Assembly (NCBI GenBank): GCA_963760795.1
Contig: CAVXEP010000010.1
Span: forward strand, 62,113-126,112
Length of the DNA: 64,000 bases
Source of the DNA: an uncultured delta proteobacterium
GTDB lineage: Bacteria; Desulfobacterota; Binatia; UBA9968
Direction of reading: 5' to 3'
The position numbers were made by a program, and so were the translations under genes. The notes beneath the pieces are model-generated. The model did not search any database and was not told the DNA's origin. It worked only from the letters and a program-made list of their open reading frames with translations. Shown here piece by piece: positions 40,221-50,569 of this stretch; the first letter of the stretch is position 1; each line of letters begins with the position of its first letter.

Positions 40221-42056
40221 TCAGTGCCGGGACTTATTGAGGGGATGCTTGACCAAAAAGTTTGAGATGGCGAGATAGTCGAGGTTTCCTTGGAGAAATG
40301 CACGAATCGCGTCCTGTGGTGAATTAACAATCGGCTCTTCATGCATATTGAAGCTGGTATTGATTAACGAGGGTACACCGCTCAAGTCACGATATTCACG
40401 CACAATTCGATAATAACTTGGGTTTGCGTCCTCACAGATCAATTGAGGTCGTGCAGTTCCATCAATGTGGACGGCGGCTGGACTCACACGTTTCATATAT
40501 TCAGTGCAAGCGAAGGTTACCGTCATGAACTGGGCCGCATGCTCGGCTCCTTTCAGATTTGCATAGCATTTTTCCCGGTCTTCAAATAAAGTTACGGGCG
40601 CAAACGGCATAAACTCAGTGCGACCTAGGCGCTGATTGAGCCACTGATTTACTTCCGGCTCCGACGCACGGTAAAGAATGGAACGATTGCCTAGTGCACG
40701 CGGGCCGTACTCCATTCGACCATTAAAGCGTCCGATCACGTTGCCTTCGTGGATGAGCCTAGCAATCACAGGCTCGATAGGTAAAACCTGTTCGAAATTG
40801 AGCCCAGATCCGCGAAGGTCTTTCGCGATCCGACTATCTGAGTAGTCAGGTCCAAAATAAACCGTTGTGTACGGCTTTTGTTCCGCTAATGCGCCGCCAC
40901 TCGCCAGAAAAGCCGCACCTGTACCGGAGCCACCATCCCCCATATTAGGATATACGAAGAGGCGCCGTACCTCATCTATTTCGTTGATTCGTTGATTCAT
41001 CTTTACATTGGCAACAACACCGCCAGCTAAAACGATCGTATCGATTCCCGTCTGTTGCGCATAATATCTGATATAATTGCTCGCAACGATTTCCAATGCT
41101 GCCTGGTAGGCGGCGGCAATATCAATCTTAGGAAATAAAGTCGACAAGTAGCGCGAGAAATAAATGTTATTGCTTTCCAGAATTCGGAAACTTCCCGGCT
41201 CCTGACGGAACCGCCGCAGTACCGGATCGAGCAGAATATTGGGATCACCGTACGCGGCCAAGCCAACTATTTTTCCTTCGTGCCGACTGGGTTTAAAGCC
41301 GAGGGATGACGTGACGCTCTCATAGAAAGTACCGAGGGAGTGGGGATATTCGAGACTGTGAAGCCGGCGCAAACGCTTTCCCTCGCCAATACTCACTGAG
41401 CCTGCAAGGCCCGAACCATAACCGTCGAGAGTGACCACCAAGGCGCGATCATAACCACTAGCAAAAAAAGCACCCGCTGCGTGCGACATATGATGCTCGA
41501 ACCGGTTGAGCTTGTTCAACAGCCCCAACCCTTTGAGATTTTCTTCCAGATCCTCCTGCCAAATTTTGTGGTACTTCAAAGATTCGCGACCCCAATCTCG
41601 CGATGCTTTTCGAGCCATATTTCTGGATATTAAACTCTCCGCGCCCGCCAAGGCGTAGAAGGCCTTGTTGAGTAGACGCTTTTGCATCCTCTCGTTCGGT
41701 TCGGTTAGCCCATGGATCGGCTGGTTCCGGCTGGGGACCTTGGCCAGAGCATCTGCAAGCTCTGGCTCGGTTTTGCCAATCTTTTCCTCTTCGAGAAATG
41801 CCTGCTCGTCATGAAGATTTTTTTTGAATAGTGCACTCTCTTTCTTCCAGTCGAAAAAAGGATAGGCAACAGAGTTGATGTCCTCGATTCGAAGTCCGGT
41901 ATAGTCGAGTCCCGCCTGTATCGATTCCCTGGGAAAACCGTCCTGCAGTTTCGTTCGTGTGAATCGTTCTTCGCTGGCCGCAAACAGAACTTTACCGTCC
42001 TCGACGATCGAAACGGTTGAATCCTTGTCCAGTGGAGAAATGCCTAAGACGATCAT
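40221..42056 (-). CDS. Carbamoyltransferase (NodU/CmcH family)
   Basis: EERFTR, EHHMSHAA, EGKIVGLAAYG, GPRALGNRS, NTSFN. Confidence 0.93.
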   Translation of the reverse strand: MIVLGISPLDKDSTVSIVEDGKVLFAASEERFTRTKLQDGFPRESIQAGLDYTGLRIEDINSVAYPFFDWKKESALFKKNLHDEQAFLEEEKIGKTEPELADALAKVPSRNQPIHGLTEPNERMQKRLLNKAFYALAGAESLISRNMARKASRDWGRESLKYHKIWQEDLEENLKGLGLLNKLNRFEHHMSHAAGAFFASGYDRALVVTLDGYGSGLAGSVSIGEGKRLRRLHSLEYPHSLGTFYESVTSSLGFKPSRHEGKIVGLAAYGDPNILLDPVLRRFRQEPGSFRILESNNIYFSRYLSTLFPKIDIAAAYQAALEIVASNYIRYYAQQTGIDTIVLAGGVVANVKMNQRINEIDEVRRLFVYPNMGDGGSGTGAAFLASGGALAEQKPYTTVYFGPDYSDSRIAKDLRGSGLNFEQVLPIEPVIARLIHEGNVIGRFNGRMEYGPRALGNRSILYRASEPEVNQWLNQRLGRTEFMPFAPVTLFEDREKCYANLKGAEHAAQFMTVTFACTEYMKRVSPAAVHIDGTARPQLICEDANPSYYRIVREYRDLSGVPSLINTSFNMHEEPIVNSPQDAIRAFLQGNLDYLAISNFLVKHPLNKSRH

Positions 42057-42060
42057 TGGA

Positions 42061-43083
42061 TTACTCCCTTTGTGTATCATCGGTGCATTGAGCCAAGTGC
42101 GCCTTCAATTCTAGAGGTGTTGTCGGAGATCCACCCAACTCACCCATAAAGAAATCGAAGAATCTGCGGCAACGCGAAAGAAAGCGCTGTAAGTCGGCGT
42201 CTGACCTGACATACGGGGTATGCCCTGGTTCTAACGATGGACTGTGAAAGGCGAAAGAAAATATTCGCAGACCGTTCCGATAAAGTGATCGCACAAGCCG
42301 CAAATGCTCCGACGAAAGATAACCTTCGGGCGACAGCCAGATACGGTCGACGAGTTTCAGTCGTGCCATGACACCGACCATGTGCAGCGGGGCCAAAGCA
42401 GGTTGGGACACTGCGCGATGGAAAGAGATTCCTGAGTTTCTAAACAGACCCGTGAACCCGACGGTAAGAGGCAGCTCTAAAAGCTGGCGCCGCTCACCGA
42501 ACCAATAGGGCCAAGCAGAATTCATCGTGAAATCGGGACCCCCTTCTGACGAATAGTCAATGTGCGGGCAGACGCTTAAATCGACTTCGTAACCTTGTTC
42601 CTCCAAGATTGCAGTCGTGTTTGGTCCGATGCCATATCTTCCAGCTTTATAGATTGTCGGTCGAGCCCCGAACCTTTCCGCGATAATCCCGGTCAGTGTT
42701 TCTAATTTGGCCGCCTCCAACCCATAGGGAAGGTTACCCGGAAAGCTATTGTGAGCGGTGATGGACTCTTCGAAAGGAGGATTGACCCATGGATGAAGAT
42801 GCGTTCCAACAATGCAGCGACCGCCGGAATGAATCTCCTGCAACGGCCGGCAGCCGGCCGGACAAGCGACGATGGGATAATCAACAACGTAAACGGGGCG
42901 AATGTCGTACTCGTCGGCTATCTCTTGGAATCTGCTTACCTGACGCAGAGATTCTACTGAGGTATTATTCCTTGACCTAGTGCCATTCCAGTCAAACTCC
43001 TCCTCCGTATCTACGACGACCAGTAGTTTAGGCTGCTGATCCGGGCTCCAGTGACAAGCACGGACGATCTCTGGGTGCGCCAT
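42061..43083 (-). CDS. WalW-like polysaccharide deacetylase
   Basis: VDTEEEFDW, GTHLHPWVNPP, YKAGRYG, FHSPSL.PGHTPYV. Confidence 0.85.
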   Translation of the reverse strand: MAHPEIVRACHWSPDQQPKLLVVVDTEEEFDWNGTRSRNNTSVESLRQVSRFQEIADEYDIRPVYVVDYPIVACPAGCRPLQEIHSGGRCIVGTHLHPWVNPPFEESITAHNSFPGNLPYGLEAAKLETLTGIIAERFGARPTIYKAGRYGIGPNTTAILEEQGYEVDLSVCPHIDYSSEGGPDFTMNSAWPYWFGERRQLLELPLTVGFTGLFRNSGISFHRAVSQPALAPLHMVGVMARLKLVDRIWLSPEGYLSSEHLRLVRSLYRNGLRIFSFAFHSPSLEPGHTPYVRSDADLQRFLSRCRRFFDFFMGELGGSPTTPLELKAHLAQCTDDTQRE

Positions 43084-43135
43084 GATATACCTGCGAATAA
43101 CGATGTCGGTTGAACTCTATGTCAACCGTCAGGAA

Positions 43136-44077
43136 CTAACGACGAAACCCGGTAACGGCGGTCAAGCGATCGAGGACTTTGATATCCGAGAGCCCCACTT
43201 CCTTGAACCACTCCACCACTTCCTTCTGGGAGTGAGCGGAAGCGTATTGAGGTGAAAGGTTATCGAAATCTTCCATAACACGCAGCCAAAAATGTTGTCC
43301 CGATTTCGGAACCGAGCCTGGAACCAATTTGTTGAACTTCCATCGAATCACTGGGATTCGCCTGATCCAACTGAAAAACACCTGATTAAGAATGCAATAA
43401 TAGTACAATACCGAGGCGGGACACTTGGTCGTAAGCCGGCGCAACTTGACTACGTCGCTTTGATTGTGCGGATGATACACCCAAATCGACATTTGCCCAT
43501 TTGCCGCGAGATACGGGGACAGCGCCTGAAATGCGTTTTTGCAATTCGGTGTGTGGTGTAAAACCCCCAGTGAATAAATCGACGAAAAGGTTTGTTTTCG
43601 AAAGGGCAACTTGAACAGGTCGCACTGAACCAAGTGCACCCTCGGTCTTAAGCCGGCAAATGACTGAGCAAGCTCGATCGAGTGGGTACTAAGGTCGACT
43701 CCGACAATTTCACCGCCGTCTTTTTGCAGGATATCGATGAATCGACCATAGCCACATCCGACCTCCAGGGCTAAGCCGCGCGACAACTGTTCTTTAGAAA
43801 AGCATGTCGATTCATAAAATAGAGCCCGCGCGTTTGGGTCGCGTTGATAGTGTTTGAAGTGGCGCCTCACGTACAGTCTTTGTTTGCTGAAAGTACGTGC
43901 GTACTCATCCTGGCGAACAAATCGCGGGACATAATTTGTAATCGGGTAACTGTGCTTTCTCTCGGGACCGATGAGCATCCCTTCCTCGACTTGACCGAAT
44001 TTTTCCCGAGAGACCTCAAGTTTGAGCGATTCGCCGGTTTCCGGACAAACTAAATGGTTGAGAAGCTCATATTTCAT
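43136..44077 (-). CDS. Class I SAM methyltransferase with N-terminal Trm112-like module
   Basis: LVCPETG…YPITNYVPRF; LEVGCGYGRF; GVLHHTP. Confidence 0.88.
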   Translation of the reverse strand: MKYELLNHLVCPETGESLKLEVSREKFGQVEEGMLIGPERKHSYPITNYVPRFVRQDEYARTFSKQRLYVRRHFKHYQRDPNARALFYESTCFSKEQLSRGLALEVGCGYGRFIDILQKDGGEIVGVDLSTHSIELAQSFAGLRPRVHLVQCDLFKLPFRKQTFSSIYSLGVLHHTPNCKNAFQALSPYLAANGQMSIWVYHPHNQSDVVKLRRLTTKCPASVLYYYCILNQVFFSWIRRIPVIRWKFNKLVPGSVPKSGQHFWLRVMEDFDNLSPQYASAHSQKEVVEWFKEVGLSDIKVLDRLTAVTGFRR

Positions 44078-44142
44078 ATGCGATCCACTCTTTATTCAGC
44101 GAGCGTTTATTTCGACGGGTTGCGCCGTTCGCCCCAAGTTAC

Positions 44143-46014
44143 TTACTTGGAAGGCAGATTGACTCTATGATCTACCTTGTCGGCATTCACCGGTACACTC
44201 TGAGCGGCAGGGAGGTGCATCCAGCGATTTTCTCCCGCCAGGCATGTAGGCACGAGATAACGAACCAGACAAATATCGCGGAACATCCGCAACGAATCCC
44301 GAATCATGTTCACTTTAGAGCCGCTCATATCAGTCCAATTGATGGGGACTTCAACGACTCGGTGCCCCAAAACGGAAGCGATCCTGAGAACTTCAACGTC
44401 GAACGCAAAGCCGTGCAGTCGTTGAATTTCAAAAATTTTACGGGCAACATGGCGGCGGAACATCTTAAAACCACACTGAGTATCGGCGATGCCGGGTACC
44501 ACCCAGGCGTTCACCAAAAACGCAAAAATTCTACCCGCCACAGCTCGTCCCAATCGACGCTCAACATGGGTTTCAGCCGAATAGAGAGCCCGGGAGCCAA
44601 TAGCGATATCTGCCCCTTGATCCATGGATGTCAACAGGCGGCGCACTTCCGAGATCGGGGTCGCACCATCGGCATCGTTAAAGACGATGAACCGCCCGCT
44701 TGCGCTACGCATGCCGGTTCGCACGGCGGCGCCCTTGCCCATATTCCGAGGCAAACGAATCACGCTTACGGCGGGAAACCGTCTACCTACTTCGCGGACA
44801 AGCTCGGTGGTTCCGTCGACACTGCCGTCGTCGACAACGATAACTTCATAACTCAGCCGAGAAGCAGAAAAATACTCTACAATCGACAACAACGTCGGAA
44901 GAATGCGCCCTTCTTCGTTGTATGCAGGCACGACCACGGAAACGTCGATTTCGCTGGTCGGTGCGGCGGTTTGGAAGTGGCGAACCGCGTCGGGGTACGA
45001 CTCCGCTTGTCGTGCCACCATTTGATCGACGTCGAGAACATGACGCGACCATGAGGTACTCGGCAGCCCGGTCCTTAAGATTCCCATTCGCCGGGCGTAA
45101 TAGAGGCCGTAGACAATACAAAAGAGGTATTGCAGGCCGTGCTGCGCGGCAACCACGGTGAGAGCCGGCTCGCGCGCGAAGCCGCTCAAGACCAAGGCCT
45201 CGGTTGCGAGCAGCTCTATCGTCCCGATTCCTCCGGGGGTAAACGGCACTAACGAAGCAAAGTTCACCGACGTAATAAAGATTCCCAGCTGGAACGGGTG
45301 AAAAGATATCGCCAGGCTCTGCCCGACCAACAAATATACCACCGCCTCCAAACCCCAAATCGCCGAGGACAGTGTCGCTACTCTCAAAAATCCGACAATC
45401 GTTACGACGTGTCGGAGGTAGTCCGCTATGACATGGAATTTCTCGACAAGGATGTTCGACAGGTGGCCCGGAAACTTCGAGCTGAATTTACTCAGACACT
45501 CTACGGCAAAGCGGCGTTGGAATCCGAGGACCAACAAACCCCCGCAAACAACCGAGAAAAAAAGCGTCAGCCAACCCAACCATGCGGGGCTGCCCGAGCC
45601 GAGCTCCCGGGCAGCGAACCAACCGACCAGACTCAACACCAACGCGTCAAAAAGTCGTTCCAGCACCACCGTCGACAGCACGCCGATCCGAGAGACCTGT
45701 TTGTCACGCGCAAACAAGATAACCCGTGCGAGATCACCGCCGCGCGCCGGCACCAAGTTATTCGCAAGATAACCGACCATCAGAACAGGGAAAAAGGAGC
45801 CGAGGCCTTGCTTGCGCAAACTGGCCGGGAAAAAGCTGCGCCACCGGACAGCGCGTAATATATAGCTGGCGGTCATGAAGGCGACGGCGAGTAGCAGATA
45901 GCCCGCCCGGGCCTGCGCCAGGATCGCCAGCTGCTGGCTCCAGTCGATCTGTCGAATGGCGACGTAGAAACAGGCGATTGCGAATGCTAATGAAAGTACG
46001 GTGTTCACAGCCAT
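44143..46014 (-). CDS. Fusion of a lysylphosphatidylglycerol-synthase-type TM (flippase-like) domain and a polyprenyl-phosphate glycosyltransferase (GT2, ALG5-like)
   Basis: N-half: LRAVRW, NNLVPARGGD, ERLFD, TPGGIG. C-half: VVPAYNEE, DDGS, GKGAAV, DADG, DTQCGFK, GFAFDVE. Confidence 0.88.
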   Translation of the reverse strand: MAVNTVLSLAFAIACFYVAIRQIDWSQQLAILAQARAGYLLLAVAFMTASYILRAVRWRSFFPASLRKQGLGSFFPVLMVGYLANNLVPARGGDLARVILFARDKQVSRIGVLSTVVLERLFDALVLSLVGWFAARELGSGSPAWLGWLTLFFSVVCGGLLVLGFQRRFAVECLSKFSSKFPGHLSNILVEKFHVIADYLRHVVTIVGFLRVATLSSAIWGLEAVVYLLVGQSLAISFHPFQLGIFITSVNFASLVPFTPGGIGTIELLATEALVLSGFAREPALTVVAAQHGLQYLFCIVYGLYYARRMGILRTGLPSTSWSRHVLDVDQMVARQAESYPDAVRHFQTAAPTSEIDVSVVVPAYNEEGRILPTLLSIVEYFSASRLSYEVIVVDDGSVDGTTELVREVGRRFPAVSVIRLPRNMGKGAAVRTGMRSASGRFIVFNDADGATPISEVRRLLTSMDQGADIAIGSRALYSAETHVERRLGRAVAGRIFAFLVNAWVVPGIADTQCGFKMFRRHVARKIFEIQRLHGFAFDVEVLRIASVLGHRVVEVPINWTDMSGSKVNMIRDSLRMFRDICLVRYLVPTCLAGENRWMHLPAAQSVPVNADKVDHRVNLPSK

Positions 46015-46024
46015 TCCGCCCGAT

Positions 46025-47308
46025 TCATATCGATCCCTTCGAATTCTTTTGCGAGGCGTTGAGAGCGCTGACGACTTCCCGCGCCTGCGCAGAATGGACG
46101 TGCAAGACAAAGAGCATCGCTCCGTTCACCGCCATTAACAACATCATAGGTAAAACTGAAAAGTTGTAACGCAACTCGGAGTGTATCATTGCATGAAAAA
46201 ACCAGAGTCCAAGGGTCCAGACGGTGCATAATTGCATCAGCAGCGAACGACGTTGGAGTAAAAGCCCAATGGCCGCCATACTCAGACCGCACACCGCCGA
46301 AATGGCCGTCTTCCAGCCCGGAACCCAACCTTGCTGCGGCAGGTAGACCCAAAACCGCATCGCCTTACGGAACACCAAATGGAGCTGGCCGACGGGATCT
46401 CTCAATACTTGCTCCCGCGCTAGGTCTCTCCAATAGCGGTACTGCTCGATTTCCGATTTCCCTTGCGCCATGCGCTCAATGCCGCGAAACTCCGGCACCT
46501 TTCTGAGATCGTTGATCACCATGCTGTCGCCCGGCAGGTAAGTGCCTTGAAAGAGCACCAGACTTCCTTCGGTCGTAAATGGAATGAATTCCCCGTACAC
46601 CACCAAGTTGCGCGTCACCCAAGGAGCAAATACCAACCCGAGCCCAAGCACAAACGAGCCGATGAATGGTTTGGACCTGCCGCCCATTTGGCGCCAAAAC
46701 ACCAGGGGCAGTCCACCGACGACAACCAAATACGGTGGACGCGCCAACAACAACACGCCGGCTGCGCATCCACTGACGAGCGCTCCAACCAGGCTTCTTT
46801 CGGTCGCCGCATAAGCGACAAGCGCAAACAAAATCGCGCTCAGGAGGGAAACCAGAGGTTCGGTATAGTAGTAGGCAAACACGTATCGATGTGTTTGCAA
46901 ATACACAAGCCAAAGGCAGATGGCGACAAAAGCCGAGGCCCGGCTGGCTCCGAGACGGCAAAATCCCCAGAACAAGCAGCCAGCGGCGAACGAAAATGCA
47001 ACGACATTGAGGACGATGATCGATTGGTCAAATGGAGCTGCATAGAAACAAAGACCGAATACAAAGGGAATGACGGGTCCTTTTTTCAAAAACGAATTTT
47101 CGAATAGCGAGGGGAATCTTTGCCCTGAAGCCTTCAAGGGTTCAATGAGGTAACCCCACCCGTCAATGTCCAATGGATAAGTACGAAGACTCGATTCGAC
47201 GTAGGCGCTCCAACCTGCGTAGGCGCCCGTAACCGCGACGACCAACATAAGATGGATCCAGATGGTCGAAAAAGGAAGTTTCGCGGGCGTAATCTCAAAA
47301 TCACCCAT
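46025..47308 (-). CDS. GT-C / ArnT-PMT-like membrane glycosyltransferase
   Basis: Multi-TM; D-x-D-xx-Y first loop, TEPL, LARP, PWVTRN, RY near the C-terminus. Confidence 0.7.
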   Translation of the reverse strand: MGDFEITPAKLPFSTIWIHLMLVVAVTGAYAGWSAYVESSLRTYPLDIDGWGYLIEPLKASGQRFPSLFENSFLKKGPVIPFVFGLCFYAAPFDQSIIVLNVVAFSFAAGCLFWGFCRLGASRASAFVAICLWLVYLQTHRYVFAYYYTEPLVSLLSAILFALVAYAATERSLVGALVSGCAAGVLLLARPPYLVVVGGLPLVFWRQMGGRSKPFIGSFVLGLGLVFAPWVTRNLVVYGEFIPFTTEGSLVLFQGTYLPGDSMVINDLRKVPEFRGIERMAQGKSEIEQYRYWRDLAREQVLRDPVGQLHLVFRKAMRFWVYLPQQGWVPGWKTAISAVCGLSMAAIGLLLQRRSLLMQLCTVWTLGLWFFHAMIHSELRYNFSVLPMMLLMAVNGAMLFVLHVHSAQAREVVSALNASQKNSKGSI

Positions 47309-47391
47309 GCCCTAGTTTGCCTGTAGACTATCGCCGCTCATTTTGCGACACCGTTGACGGATCGATGATCTTGGAAAAGTAAGTGACGCGG

Positions 47392-49314
47392 TTACTGCGC
47401 GCCGGCGGCCGCGAAGCCGCGAAAGTCCTTCTTGTCAATGAACGTGTTCTGCCACAACTCCAAGACCAAAAGATCCCAAAGCTTTTCCGAATGGTCCAAA
47501 TGACTCGATATATGCTCAGCCCACATTCGTTCTACGACGTCGGCGCGAAAGTAACCACGCTGCTTGGCGCGCGACGATAACAACAGATCCCCCGCCATCT
47601 CACGCAACTCATTGCGAATCCAGCTCGATATCGGCGCCCCAAAGCCCATCTTGGGCCGATCCAAAATGATATCCGGTATCACTCCCCGGAGCGACTGCTT
47701 GAAGATGTGTTTCGTGCGATTTCCAGAGAGTTTCATCGCCGCTGGCAACGTAGCGACGAATTCCATAAAAACATGATCCAGCAGTGGCGAGCGGGCTTCC
47801 AGGGAATGGGCCATGCTTGCCCGGTCCATTTTGACCAATAGATCATCGGGCAAATAAAGATTCACATCGGTGCTCAGGTCCGCGTCGATGCTGTTGTCCG
47901 CGTCGCTTTCCGCGAAAAGGTCTACAAACATATCCTCGGCATCGCTCCCGTTGGTAGCGTGGGTAAAATCGTCGGTGTACAGGCGATGTCGGTCGTCTGG
48001 CGTGAACTGACCGAACCAGCGCGCGTAACGGCGACTGGGATCGAGCGCGATCAAGTCGGCAAGCTTGGCGAGCTTACGCAGCAGGCCGCGACCTTGCGAC
48101 GCGGCCGGCAAGCATTTGAGCGCCACGGCGATGGCGCGGCGCATTTGATGCGGAAGCACGTCGCTACGCCGGAACAGACGGTCGATGAGATAGCGGTTAT
48201 AACCAGCAAAACTCTCATCACCACCATCCCCGTTCAATACTACAGTGACATACTGCCGCGTCAGCTGCGCGATCGCGTAGCTCGGCACCGCCGAAGGATC
48301 GGCGAACGGCTCGTCGTACTGCCACACGACACGGGGCAAAATATCCGCGACAGGTGCTTTTACGATCAGCTCTGTGTGCTTTGTGCTGTAGCGTTCGGCT
48401 ACCATGCGCGCGAACGGCCGCTCGTCGAACGTTTCATCGTCGAAGCCAACGCAGAACGTTTGTACGGGAGTGTCCATCGCTCGCGCCATGTACGCGACGA
48501 TGGCGCTGGAATCTACGCCGCCGCTGAGAAATGCGCCAAGCGGAACATCGCTCATCAGACGTAGCCGCACTGCCTCGGCAAGCTGGAATTGCAATTCAGC
48601 GATCGCGTCGCTAAACGAAATCTTTCGCTTCGGACCATAACGCAGCCGCCAATAGCGGCAGATTTCGATTCGGCCTTCCTTGATCTCCAGCCAGTGCGCT
48701 GCGGGAAGCTTTTTGATACCCCGAAACGCAGTTAGCGGCGCCGGGACATATCCCATCGCCAGGTAGTGATCGATCGCCGTCGGATCAGGCTGTATAACCA
48801 CCGAGGGATCCGCCAGGATCGCCTTGATCTCGGAGGCGAAGACAAATCGATCCCGATCGGCAAAATAAAAGAGAGGCTTCTTGCCGACCCGATCTCGGGC
48901 AACAAAGAGCGTCTTGGAGCGCGAGTCCCAAATAGCGAACGCGAACATTCCGCGCAAGCGATCGAGACACTCCCTTCCGTACTGTTCGTAGGCATGCACG
49001 ATCGCTTCCGTGTCGCTATTGGTACGAAAAACATGACCGTGTGACTGAAGATCCGCACGCAATTCTTGAAAATTGTAAATTTCGCCGTTGAATGTGATCC
49101 AAACGGTGCCGTCTTCATTGCACATTGGCTGGCCAGCCTCGGGCCTGAGATCGATGATCGCGAGCCGGCGATGGGCTAGACCAACGTTATCTCCCGTCCA
49201 CACCCCTTCACCGTCCGGACCGCGATGCGCCAACGTTTTGGACATCTGATGCAAATCTTCCGGAGAAACCGTCCGAGTTCGATCAAAAAACATTTTGCCG
49301 AAGATGCCACACAT
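47392..49314 (-). CDS. asnB: Asparagine synthase-like glutamine amidotransferase
   Basis: MCGI, HRGPD, RRLAIID, LSGGVDSS, KMDRASMAHSLE. Confidence 0.93.
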   Translation of the reverse strand: MCGIFGKMFFDRTRTVSPEDLHQMSKTLAHRGPDGEGVWTGDNVGLAHRRLAIIDLRPEAGQPMCNEDGTVWITFNGEIYNFQELRADLQSHGHVFRTNSDTEAIVHAYEQYGRECLDRLRGMFAFAIWDSRSKTLFVARDRVGKKPLFYFADRDRFVFASEIKAILADPSVVIQPDPTAIDHYLAMGYVPAPLTAFRGIKKLPAAHWLEIKEGRIEICRYWRLRYGPKRKISFSDAIAELQFQLAEAVRLRLMSDVPLGAFLSGGVDSSAIVAYMARAMDTPVQTFCVGFDDETFDERPFARMVAERYSTKHTELIVKAPVADILPRVVWQYDEPFADPSAVPSYAIAQLTRQYVTVVLNGDGGDESFAGYNRYLIDRLFRRSDVLPHQMRRAIAVALKCLPAASQGRGLLRKLAKLADLIALDPSRRYARWFGQFTPDDRHRLYTDDFTHATNGSDAEDMFVDLFAESDADNSIDADLSTDVNLYLPDDLLVKMDRASMAHSLEARSPLLDHVFMEFVATLPAAMKLSGNRTKHIFKQSLRGVIPDIILDRPKMGFGAPISSWIRNELREMAGDLLLSSRAKQRGYFRADVVERMWAEHISSHLDHSEKLWDLLVLELWQNTFIDKKDFRGFAAAGAQ

Positions 49315-49417
49315 AGAAAGTCTCGGTTATCCGATTTATTGCGGGAGTAATTGCTGGATTAAGTGGATACGCTGGAATTAGCTATTGATTTTTAGCGAGG
49401 ATCAGACCGCTGAGGGG

Positions 49418-50569
49418 CTAATCTTTCACAAGCGAGTCATATAGATTTTCAATCTTCTGCATTCTGGCATCGAATGTAAACTCTGACTCCACTCTTTGGC
49501 GTCCATACGACCCCATTCTACTGCGAAGCTCACCGTTGGTCGCTAGAGATATCAATGCATCTGCTAATCCATCGACGTCACCTTGCGGCAGAACGAAACC
49601 AGTCTTCTTGTCTACAACGAGTTCTTTTGCGCCTGCAACATCTGTGGTTACAACCGGTAAACCCATAGCCATCGACTCTAGGATGCTGTTTGGCAGTCCC
49701 TCACGCCGAGACGTCAATAAAAAGATATCGAACGCCGCATATACCGACAGCAGATTTCTACGGTATCCGGCAAAAACTATGCGATCGGCAATACCTAATG
49801 AATCTGCCAATTGCTCAAGCCCCTTTTGCGTATTCCCCTCGCGGCCATCTCCCACGAGCAAAAACCGTGCTTTGGGAATACGCGTGGAAATCATCACTGC
49901 CGCGCGCAGCCAAGTGTCGAGATCCTTCTCAGCGGAAATTCGTCCCACATAACCCACAACTAGATTGTCAGGGCCGAATCCAAACTCCCCGCGAACTTTG
50001 TCTTCGACATCAGTCGAAGCCCACGTATCGGTGTCAATCCCGTTATGGATCACGGTAATGGACTTTTCACTGACTCCGCCTTCTATCATTTCAGTTTTAG
50101 TCGCATGGGAAACCGCGATTAAATGATCAAACTGCCTCATTAGTTGTAAATCGAGCTTTCGATACAGCTCCCCTTTCGCTCCCACAATAACCCATGCGTG
50201 TGCTGTCGAGATTAGCGATATCGGCCGGCACCAAAGCCATTGGCGCACGATATATGCAAAGAAGTCGCTCTTGTAGTCGTGCGAATGAATCAAGTTGATG
50301 TCGTGGCGAACAACAATATCTCGAATTGCTCGGAATACCCTTAGGTCTAACCTCGCGTGCTCAATTATTTCGTAAAATATTAAGTTCTTATTTTGGGCCT
50401 TTTTGCCAATATCAAACTCGGTATCGCCGTCATCGCGAATATAAGCGACGACAACTTTAACAAGCGCCGGATTGTGGCGCTGCGCGGACAACAGAATGGT
50501 CTTGTCCGGTCCCCCGCCCCACTTGTACGTGTTGCGAAGCTCCAGCAGCCGGACTTTAGGCGCGCTCAC
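49418..50569 (-). CDS. GT4 glycosyltransferase
   Basis: GGGPDKTIL, EGLPNSILESMA. Confidence 0.9.
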   Translation of the reverse strand: MSAPKVRLLELRNTYKWGGGPDKTILLSAQRHNPALVKVVVAYIRDDGDTEFDIGKKAQNKNLIFYEIIEHARLDLRVFRAIRDIVVRHDINLIHSHDYKSDFFAYIVRQWLWCRPISLISTAHAWVIVGAKGELYRKLDLQLMRQFDHLIAVSHATKTEMIEGGVSEKSITVIHNGIDTDTWASTDVEDKVRGEFGFGPDNLVVGYVGRISAEKDLDTWLRAAVMISTRIPKARFLLVGDGREGNTQKGLEQLADSLGIADRIVFAGYRRNLLSVYAAFDIFLLTSRREGLPNSILESMAMGLPVVTTDVAGAKELVVDKKTGFVLPQGDVDGLADALISLATNGELRSRMGSYGRQRVESEFTFDARMQKIENLYDSLVKD

